Shown piece by piece: positions 17,195 to 24,897 of a stretch of 64,000 nucleotides of DNA. The DNA is from a candidate division WOR-3 bacterium (GTDB lineage: Bacteria > Hydrothermota > Tepidihabitantia > Tepidihabitantales > Tepidihabitantaceae), in assembly GCA_965649295.1 (NCBI GenBank), contig CBFGKH010000010.1:32716-96715 (forward strand). The letters are read 5' to 3'. Made by a program: the position numbers and the translations under genes. The notes under the pieces were generated by a model that was not told where the DNA came from, searched no databases, and was given only the letters and a program-made list of their open reading frames with translations. Positions within the stretch are counted from its first letter, which is position 1. The number at the start of each line of letters is the position of its first letter.

Positions 17195-19327
17195 ATGGAA
17201 AGTAGCAACCTCGATTGTATCTTCCGCCCGAAATCGGTTGCAGTTATTGGCGCATCCAACCGTGAAGGATCAGTCGGCCGAGCCCTTTTCGCCAACATTC
17301 TGATGAATGGTTACACCGGTGTCGTCTATCCTGTAAATATGACTGCCAAGAGCGTGCTCGGCGTCAAGGCCTATGAGTCGGTCCTACAGGTACCAGACGA
17401 AGTCGAACTTGCCGTTCTCATCGTACCGGCCTTGGCAGTTCCGGCAACTCTGGCCGAGTGTGGCCAAAAGAAAGTAAAAGGCGCTGTTGTCATTTCCGCC
17501 GGTTTCAAAGAACTCGGCCCCAGCGGTGCCCAGCTCGAACAAGCGGTCCGTGACCGCGCTCGCAAGTGGGGCATCCGTCTCATTGGACCCAACTGTTTTG
17601 GCGTAATTGACGGCAGTCCTCAGGTCAGACTCAACGCAACGTTTGGGCGGTCAATGCCGACCTTCGGTAACATTGCTCTCGTCTCTCAATCCGGAGCAAT
17701 TGGCGTCAATGCTCTGGAATATGCGATCGCCGAAGAAGTCGGACTGTCGAAGTTTGCTTCCATCGGCAACAAGGCTGACATCAACGAAAACGACTTACTC
17801 GCCTACCTGCGCGACGACCCTGAAACCGATGTCATCATGCTCTATCTCGAAGACCTGGTGAACCCAGCCGAGTTCCTGCGCATCGCCCGCGAGACCACAT
17901 CGCATCCTCAGAAACCAAAACCGATACTTGCCATCAAGGCTGGTCGCACCAGCGAGGGGGCTCGTGCTGCCAGTTCACATACCGGTGCCTTGGCCGGCTC
18001 AGATGAAGCCTACAATGCCTTTTTTGCTCAAGCCCGCATCCTCCGTGTCGAAACGATCAATGAACTCTTCGCCAAGGCGGCAGCGCTCGCGTATCAACCA
18101 CGGCCGCGTGGTCGCCGCGTTGCAATTCTGACCAACGCTGGCGGCGTCGGAATAATGGCTACCGACGCGGCTGTGCGCTATGGTCTTGAACTCGCCAAGC
18201 TAAGTGACAAGACCCGTGCCGAGCTGAAGAAGCACCTGCCGGTCACTGCCGCAACTGCCAACCCGGTTGATGTCATCGGTGACGCCGATGCCAAACGTTA
18301 TCGCACCGCCCTTGAGCTGCTCGTTGCCGATGAGAATGTTGACGGGCTGATACCCATCTGGACTCCGACGTTGATGGCCGAGTCAACCGAAATCGCTGGC
18401 ATCATTGCTGACGTCGGCCAGAAGTCCGACAAGCCAATCCTCGCTTGCGTCCAGACGATGATGGGTTCAGAACAGGTACGCCGGCAACTTTTGCGCGACC
18501 GCATCCCTCACTACCAGTTCCCCGAAAACGCAGCCCGGGCAATGGCAGCGATGGCCGAATTCAGCGAGTGGAGTCGCCGACCGCAAGGTGAGGTCCGCCA
18601 CTTTGAACATACCAATCCGGAAACAGTGCGTGCGATCATTGCTCGCGCCCGTGAACGCGGCGGCAAGAACCCGGCCTTCGTTTCCGAACCAGAAGGGCAT
18701 GAGATCCTACGCGCCTACGGAATGCCAGTACCGCCATCACGGCTGACCAAAAGCGCCGATGAAGCGATTGGATTTGCTCGTGAAATCGGTTACCCAGTCG
18801 TCATCAAGATAGTCTCGCCGCAGATTCTGCACAAGACCGATGTCGGCGGGGTGCGCGTCGGCATTACCGACGACGACAGCCTAAGCAAGGAATACGCCGG
18901 CCTGCTCGAAGCAGTCAAGCTGCGCAAACCGGATGCAGAGGTCTGGGGAGTCGTCGTCCAGAAGATGGTTCCCAAGGGCACCGAGACTATTATCGGAATG
19001 AAGCGTGACCCCAGCTTCGGACCGTTACTGATGTTCGGCCTCGGTGGTATTTTGGTCGAGGTGCTCAAAGACGTGATGTTTCGAGTGGCGCCTGTCAATG
19101 ACCTATCGGTAGAATCGATGGTCACCGGCATCAAGGCCGCGAAGATACTCCAGGGTTATCGCGGTGAACCACCGCGTGACGTGCCAGCAATCAAAGAAGC
19201 CATTCAACGGCTCTCACAGCTTGTAACCGACTTCAAGGACTTTGACGAAATTGACATCAATCCGTTGATGGTCTACGAAGTCGGCAAGGGCGCCGCAGTT
19301 CTCGACGCTAGATTCCTGATCCGCTAG
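17195..19327 (+). CDS. ADP-forming acetate/acyl-CoA ligase (fused alpha-beta)
   Basis: PKSVAVIGAS, GPNCFG, SQSGA, ASSHTGALAG (phospho-His), HKTDVGGV, DINPL. Confidence 0.92.
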   Translation: MESSNLDCIFRPKSVAVIGASNREGSVGRALFANILMNGYTGVVYPVNMTAKSVLGVKAYESVLQVPDEVELAVLIVPALAVPATLAECGQKKVKGAVVISAGFKELGPSGAQLEQAVRDRARKWGIRLIGPNCFGVIDGSPQVRLNATFGRSMPTFGNIALVSQSGAIGVNALEYAIAEEVGLSKFASIGNKADINENDLLAYLRDDPETDVIMLYLEDLVNPAEFLRIARETTSHPQKPKPILAIKAGRTSEGARAASSHTGALAGSDEAYNAFFAQARILRVETINELFAKAAALAYQPRPRGRRVAILTNAGGVGIMATDAAVRYGLELAKLSDKTRAELKKHLPVTAATANPVDVIGDADAKRYRTALELLVADENVDGLIPIWTPTLMAESTEIAGIIADVGQKSDKPILACVQTMMGSEQVRRQLLRDRIPHYQFPENAARAMAAMAEFSEWSRRPQGEVRHFEHTNPETVRAIIARARERGGKNPAFVSEPEGHEILRAYGMPVPPSRLTKSADEAIGFAREIGYPVVIKIVSPQILHKTDVGGVRVGITDDDSLSKEYAGLLEAVKLRKPDAEVWGVVVQKMVPKGTETIIGMKRDPSFGPLLMFGLGGILVEVLKDVMFRVAPVNDLSVESMVTGIKAAKILQGYRGEPPRDVPAIKEAIQRLSQLVTDFKDFDEIDINPLMVYEVGKGAAVLDARFLIR

Positions 19328-19451
19328 TCCACTACTCCTGCCGGCCACAAAGCGACGAGGCCGAGCAGAAAATGCCCGGCCCCGTACCAATCGCGCCCGA
19401 AGCGCGATGTTCAGCACTAACCCGTACCCCCTGGGTGCTCTGTGGTGCTGA

Positions 19452-19524
19452 TGGAGCTGACCAGAGTCGAACTGGCGACCCCCTGCTTGCAAAGCAGGTG
19501 CTCTCCCAACTGAGCTACAGCCCC
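19452..19524 (-). tRNA. tRNA-Ala(TGC)
   Basis: GGGGCTG/CAGCTCC acceptor stem with G3:U70, anticodon TGC, GTTCGA T-loop; no encoded CCA. Confidence 0.96.
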
Positions 19525-19597
19525 GGATGTATTCGTCTGCCTGAATCTTAGTCTGCCAAGCGATTATGGTCAAGCTACTCGGTTCGACGTCTGGAAG

Positions 19598-19625
19598 TTG
19601 ACTCAATACCGTCCGTGATTAGATT
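19598..19625 (+). promoter_or_regulatory. sigma70-like promoter (leaderless CDF mRNA)
   Basis: TTGACT-N16-TAGATT, 7 nt before ATG 19633. Confidence 0.7.
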
Positions 19626-19632
19626 GATTCTA

Positions 19633-20589
19633 ATGGCAGACCCGACCGCAGTTCAGCTGCGCAAAGAACGCGGCGTCACCATCTGGGGAATGGTGGTCAA
19701 CCTCCTTCTCAGCGTGGGCAAGATTGCTGTCGGGCTGCTTGCCCGTTCGAGCGCAATTGTTGCGGATGGCCTACACAGCGCTTCTGACTTAGCCAGCGAC
19801 ATCGCCGTCCTCTGGGGAATTCATGCGGCCAAACAACCGGCGGACGATGACCACCACTATGGTCACGCACGCTACGAACCAATAGTCACACTCTTTGTCG
19901 GTGTTTTGCTTATTGCCGCGGCACTTGTCGTCGGCATTGAAGCAGTCGCGACCATTGGCCAACGTCATGCCGGCATTGCCAATTGGTGGCCATTCTGGCT
20001 TGCCATCGCCTCAATCGTTGTCAAAGAGTCACTCTACTGGTGGACAAGGTCCGTCGGTCGCCGTTTCCGCAACCCGGCGCTACTGGCCAACGCTTGGCAT
20101 CATCGGTCAGATGCCTTCTCGTCAGTCGCAGCTGCGATTGGCATCGGCGGCACATTGCTCGGCGGCGCACGATGGGCATTTCTCGATCATCTCACCGCAG
20201 TTGTGCTGGCGGCGTTCCTTGTTGTTATCGGCATCCGTATCTGTCGCGACTCATTACGCCGGCTCTCTGATCGAGCGCCCGACCCAGCGGCAGTCCGTCA
20301 ACTCCAAGACACCATCCGCCAGATTCCCGGAGTCATCGATTTCCATGCCCTGCGGGCACGCCACGCCGGCGCCGGCGACCTAATTGAAATGGACGTTCAT
20401 GTCCAAGTTGACCCTAACCTGACCGTCCATGCTGGCCATCTCATCGCCACAGCGGTTGAGGAACAGCTCTATGCCAGCAACGCTGATGTTGCCAACGTCG
20501 TTGTCCACATCGAACCCGCCGCGGCCGAAGCCGCGAGCCTAGAAGCGCCCGCCAATACCGAAAAGCGGAATAAAAGGAATACCGGTTGA
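19633..20589 (+). CDS. Cation diffusion facilitator family transporter
   Basis: ADGLHSASD, HHYGH, NAWHHRSD, VVVHIEP. Confidence 0.93.
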   Translation: MADPTAVQLRKERGVTIWGMVVNLLLSVGKIAVGLLARSSAIVADGLHSASDLASDIAVLWGIHAAKQPADDDHHYGHARYEPIVTLFVGVLLIAAALVVGIEAVATIGQRHAGIANWWPFWLAIASIVVKESLYWWTRSVGRRFRNPALLANAWHHRSDAFSSVAAAIGIGGTLLGGARWAFLDHLTAVVLAAFLVVIGIRICRDSLRRLSDRAPDPAAVRQLQDTIRQIPGVIDFHALRARHAGAGDLIEMDVHVQVDPNLTVHAGHLIATAVEEQLYASNADVANVVVHIEPAAAEAASLEAPANTEKRNKRNTG

Positions 20590-22737
20590 CTGACCGGTGA
20601 TAATACGACCGTCACGATCCTCAAACTGCACCAGATAGTAGGCATTCTGGCGATTATAGACGTTGAGAATCTCCAAGTAGATATGAGGTCGCAGAGGCAA
20701 CTTAGGTAAGTCACGCCGCAGCTTCAGGTCCAGCCGGTGATACAGCGGAACGCGAGCCGAATTCTTCTCACCGACGATCACGTGTCGTGAAGTGCCCCGG
20801 TTCAGGTCAGCATTACCGACACGCTCCTGCGGGGACTGAGTGTATAGCAGCGGCGTGTACGGCACACCGCTGTTGAGGTTGAAAGTACCGGACAGTGTCC
20901 AACCACTGCCCAAGTCCTTCTCCACCGACAACCCAAACTGGTGGCGCCGATCATTGCGGTCCCAATAGAGCATCGTGTCAGTACCCTGCTGCTTGCGAGT
21001 TGCTGCCAGTGTATAGCTCAACCAGCCGCTCCAGCCATTGACCGGCCCCTGCTCGAGTGTTAGCTCCATCCCGCGAGCAAAACCTCGGCCCGCATTGCCA
21101 ACTCCGTCTATTCGACCTTGGTCACTAGCCCGCCAGGTCGGCAACCGCTCGTACTCCTTAAGATATAAATCAACGGTCAGCCGCGTGCGTTCAAACAGCC
21201 GCAGTTCACTTCCGAGCGAATAATGGTCGGCCAGTTTTGCGCCGAGCAAGCCATTCTCAAAAAGCTGATAACTCTCATACTCCCGGTCAAAGACAAAAGC
21301 AGCACACGAACTCCGCAAGAAACTGTAGGAGTGCTGAAAGTGCCGCCGATACCCGGCCCGCAGCGTGATTCGATCACGCACGAACACACTAAGTACGGCA
21401 CGCGGCGACAGTACCTGATCCTCTGCCCAGCGAACATTCTCATAACGCAATCCGAAGTCTAACCGCGCCAAGGGCAGCGGCTGAAATCCTAGCGAACCGT
21501 AAAACGCGTAGCCATTGTCACTTCTCAGTAGAACGGTCGGCTTCATCAAATTGCCCCGATAGGTCTGACGACTGAGTTCACCACCGAATGCGGTTGTCAT
21601 GAGCGGGCCCACCGGCATTGTCACTCCAACGCGCACCCCGTACTCATGCTGTCGAGTCACGGCCGTACCCCACCAGACTGCTGGCGTCAGCACGAAGTCG
21701 TGGGTATTCGAAAAGAGCGTCGCCAAGGACGTTCCCTTGCCCAGTCTTGACTCAATCGTCGCACCCAACGAAAAGCCAGACTCGGTCATTTCCGTTGGAA
21801 TCCCACGCAGCGTGGATGTGATGTGGTCAGAACCCTGGACCGCTGTGGCTCTCAGCCGACTGCTTTGTCCCAACGGCAGACCCACCTGACCGGTGAAATC
21901 CGAATAGCTCGGCCGATTGTAGGTACCACCGCCGATTGGTCCGAACAACACGTTGTAGTACGTCCGCCGCACCGAGCCAAGGAAACCGATGTCTGCCAGA
22001 TTCCCGACATAGGCCGCTTTGAGATTAAGCGGGTCATAGGCCCAGAAACCCTCGTTCTGCTCCTGCTCCTTGGGCCGCATCACCGCGATGCTTGACAAGA
22101 CTCCTCCATACTCCGTCGGCAGCACACTGGGATAGAACGATATCTTGCCAACGATGTCGGGATTGATGACAGAAGAAAAACCCAGCAGATGATATGGCCA
22201 GAGTAGCTCGAGGTCGCCCAGCCAAACTGAGCTCTCATCAGGGTCACCGCCCCTTACAACATAGGCACCGCTCCACTCTCCCCGCGAGCTCGCTGCCACG
22301 CCGGGCAAGAACGACAACGAACGAATCGGGTCCTGCACGAACCCGCCGGCCTGACGTTCGAGCCGCTGCGCTGGTATCTCGCGCACTGTCAATTTCTCCT
22401 CAGCCTCGCGCCTTGCCGACCTCGTCCGTACCTCCGGCATCGGAATCACTTTGGGTGTAAGTGACAGCACTTGCCGAGATGTGTAGTCGGCGAACACCTC
22501 GACCACGGTTGTCTCGGACTCATAGGCAATGTGACTTGCAACCAGCCGATACCTGCCCGGCGCCAGCGGCCCAAGCACAAAAGTACCGTTGTCAGCGGTA
22601 GCAGCACCAAGACTGCTGCCGACAATTGTGAGGCTTGCGCCCGCGATGGGCGCTCCGTTCAGCCGGTCTTCAACGCGGCCACTCAAGAGGCCGGTCGCGC
22701 CAGCCGCCAAAATGATTGTAATGAGACTAGCGAACAA
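20539..22737 (-). CDS. TonB-dependent receptor with N-terminal carboxypeptidase-regulatory-like domain
   Basis: signal peptide, LSGRVED..PIAGA, plug (DPIRSLSFLPGV, VRGGDPDE), YHRLDL, LNVYNRQN, C-terminal Phe. Confidence 0.88.
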   Translation of the reverse strand: MFASLITIILAAGATGLLSGRVEDRLNGAPIAGASLTIVGSSLGAATADNGTFVLGPLAPGRYRLVASHIAYESETTVVEVFADYTSRQVLSLTPKVIPMPEVRTRSARREAEEKLTVREIPAQRLERQAGGFVQDPIRSLSFLPGVAASSRGEWSGAYVVRGGDPDESSVWLGDLELLWPYHLLGFSSVINPDIVGKISFYPSVLPTEYGGVLSSIAVMRPKEQEQNEGFWAYDPLNLKAAYVGNLADIGFLGSVRRTYYNVLFGPIGGGTYNRPSYSDFTGQVGLPLGQSSRLRATAVQGSDHITSTLRGIPTEMTESGFSLGATIESRLGKGTSLATLFSNTHDFVLTPAVWWGTAVTRQHEYGVRVGVTMPVGPLMTTAFGGELSRQTYRGNLMKPTVLLRSDNGYAFYGSLGFQPLPLARLDFGLRYENVRWAEDQVLSPRAVLSVFVRDRITLRAGYRRHFQHSYSFLRSSCAAFVFDREYESYQLFENGLLGAKLADHYSLGSELRLFERTRLTVDLYLKEYERLPTWRASDQGRIDGVGNAGRGFARGMELTLEQGPVNGWSGWLSYTLAATRKQQGTDTMLYWDRNDRRHQFGLSVEKDLGSGWTLSGTFNLNSGVPYTPLLYTQSPQERVGNADLNRGTSRHVIVGEKNSARVPLYHRLDLKLRRDLPKLPLRPHIYLEILNVYNRQNAYYLVQFEDRDGRIITGQSTGIPFIPLFGIGGRF

Positions 22738-22799
22738 ACACGGTGACTACTCGATAGTGTCTCAGTCTAGCAGATTCAGTCCAATTGGTCAACTGTACG

Positions 22800-24123
22800 T
22801 GTAGCCGCAGAGCGATATTGTCATAGGGTAATGGCAAAGCGATTATGTCATACCCCGGGGTGGAAGCCGCTATGCTGGTAGCATGTCACAGCCAGCCAGC
22901 TTCTCTGAGCGAGACATGAGACGCTACAGCGTCATCCAGCAGACCATCCAGGCCGCACTCAGCACTGCCGTTGCCGCCAGGTTGCTCGACCTCAGTCGCC
23001 GCCAAGTCTTCCGTCTCAAGGCCGACGTCCGCAGACACGGTCCCGATGGTGTCCGCCACGGCAACTGCGGCCGTACCCCGGCCAATGCCAAGCCGCAGCG
23101 TCTTCGCCGCCAGGTCGTCGATGGCTACCGTAAGGAATGCTCCGTCTTCAACTTCGCCCACTTCACCGAGACCTTGGCCGATGAGTTTGCGATCAACCTG
23201 AGCCGCGAGACCGTCCGGGCCTGACTCCGAGCCGAATCGCTCGGTCCAAAGCAGCACCATGACCATCACCATCGCCGCTTCCGTGAGCGCAAGCCTCGCT
23301 TCGGGATGATGCTGTTCCTCGACGGCAGCCTGCATCCCTGGCTCGGCACCGATCGGCCGTCACTCACTCTCATCCTTGCCACCGATGACGCCACCGGCCG
23401 GCCCCTGCAGGGGCTCTTTGTACCCGAGGAGACACGCGATGCCTGCTTCGAAGTGCTCCCCCACGTCTGCCGTCGCCACGGCCTGCCCGAGAGCCTCTAC
23501 CTCGACCGCGCCGGCCAGTTTAACACTACCCGCCACGGCGGCACCCATGCCTTCCAGCGCGACGACAAACCCACCCATTTCGAAATCGCCATGGACCGAC
23601 TCGCCGTCCAGCTCATCTTTGCCAACAGCCCCCAAGCCCGCGGCCGCGGCGAGCGGATCAACGGCACCTTTCAGGGCCGGCTGGTCGCCGAGCTGCGCCG
23701 AGCCGGCATCAGAACCGCTGCCGCTGCCACCGACTATCTCAACCGCGTCTTCATCCCCAACTACGCCCGGCGGTTCGGAGTCAAACCCCGGGACCCGGCA
23801 CCCGCCTTCCTTAGGCTGCCGGCCGGTATCAACCTGCACGCCATCCGCTGCGCCCACCACCGCCGCAACGTCGACAATGACAACACCATCAGTCTCCACG
23901 GAGCCCGCTACCAGTTGCTGCCGTCACGGCGGACCGTCCGGCTCGCCGCAACCGACGGCGACGTCCCGCAGTGGTTTGACGGCATGATCCGCGTCCGGCA
24001 CGAACGGACCGAAGCGATAGCAGCCGTCCTACTGCCAGACAGGCACATGCCGCAGTGTCGCCCAAAGCGGACTCTCTATGACGTTTCCGCTGCGGTGGCG
24101 GTATTATACGCTGCAGTTTGACA
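22800..24123 (+). mobile_element. Decayed IS1202/ISNCY-type insertion sequence
   Basis: TGT...ACA ends; AGCG-N5-GTCATA motif at 22811 and 22838 and inverted at 24077-24091; transposase inside; no target duplication seen. Confidence 0.7.
22883..24121 (+). pseudogene. ISNCY/IS1202-like DDE transposase interrupted by in-frame TGA (23222-23224)
   Basis: Both ORF halves are in the same frame; HTH (AARLLDLSRRQVFRL), HGNCGR, LDGSLHPW, DDATG, YLDR, RGRGER. Confidence 0.88.
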
Positions 24124-24204
24124 GAGTAGCAACCGAGGTCTATGTGCAGCGGGAGTGCCAGTTCTGGACAACTGGCAGCTGACGACTATACTTGAGCCAG
24201 TGAC

Positions 24205-24279
24205 GGTGAGTGTAGCTCAACTGGTTAGAGTACCTGACTGTGGCTCAGGATGTTGGGGGTTCAAGTCCCCTCACTCACC
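24205..24279 (+). tRNA. tRNA-His(GTG)
   Basis: G-1, GTGAGTG/CACTCAC stem, anticodon GTG. Confidence 0.95.
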
Positions 24280-24346
24280 CTTTGTCAGTCGTGCTGCGGG
24301 CAACTGTTGCAAGAACCGTTTCGCGTGCTAGAATGCACGCCGCCAA

Positions 24347-24420
24347 GCGCCCGTAGCTCAACTGGACAGAGCGCCGGGCTTCGAACCCGTAGGCTGCGCG
24401 TTCGAGTCGCGCCGGGCGCA
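24347..24420 (+). tRNA. tRNA-Arg(TCG)
   Basis: GCGCCCG/CGGGCGC stem, CGGG-CTTCGAA-CCCG anticodon arm. Confidence 0.93.
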
Positions 24421-24481
24421 ATGGTGTCTTTGACACCGACGGCCTGAAGCGCTATGATTCGCTTCGGGTCTGACAATCTGT

Positions 24482-24555
24482 GCCCCGCTAGCTCAACTTG
24501 GCAGAGCAACGGATTCTTAATCCGTGGGTTGCAAGTTCAATTCTTGCGCGGGGTA
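24482..24555 (+). tRNA. tRNA-Lys(CTT)
   Basis: GCCCCGC/GCGGGGT stem, ACGGA-TTCTTAA-TCCGT arm. Confidence 0.93.
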
Positions 24556-24587
24556 TTCTCTGCTTGCCTTCTCTAAAAGGAGTCTCT

Positions 24588-24890
24588 CTGGCCGAACCGG
24601 TATTGCAACTCCAAGACGTTGACAGTAGGCTCAAATCGCGCTGGCTTGCCATCATCGATATCCTCTACCTCACCCAGGTCACCTGGCTCTATCTTCTTGC
24701 TGCCATCTACCCGTTTGTCGGTATCCTGTATGGAATCCTACTGCTGGCTGGTGGAATAGACCCGAAAACCAAGCGCATTGGCCGCGTCTGCTTGATAATT
24801 GGCATCATCAATACAGCCTTGGTCATTGCCATCCTAATTGTCGTCGTAATCGTTGGTCTAGCCGGTACGCTCGCAGCCGTCAGGAGTTAG
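24588..24890 (+). CDS. Small membrane protein, probable CTG start
   Basis: AGGAG upstream of in-frame CTG; hydrophobic segments around KTKRIGRVCLIIG; the longer ORF would overlap tRNA-Lys. Confidence 0.65.
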   Translation: MAEPVLQLQDVDSRLKSRWLAIIDILYLTQVTWLYLLAAIYPFVGILYGILLLAGGIDPKTKRIGRVCLIIGIINTALVIAILIVVVIVGLAGTLAAVRS

Positions 24891-24897
24891 TCGAACC

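Noticed and set aside
22826..22853. Possible dif/Xer site (TTATGTCATAC) near the IS
   Set aside because: No XerC half-site at the 6-bp spacing; the sequence is explained by the IS terminal repeat
23222..23224. TGA read-through (selenocysteine or genetic code 4/25)
   Set aside because: TGA ends many normal genes here, the position is not a Cys site and no SECIS is evident; a nonsense mutation is simpler
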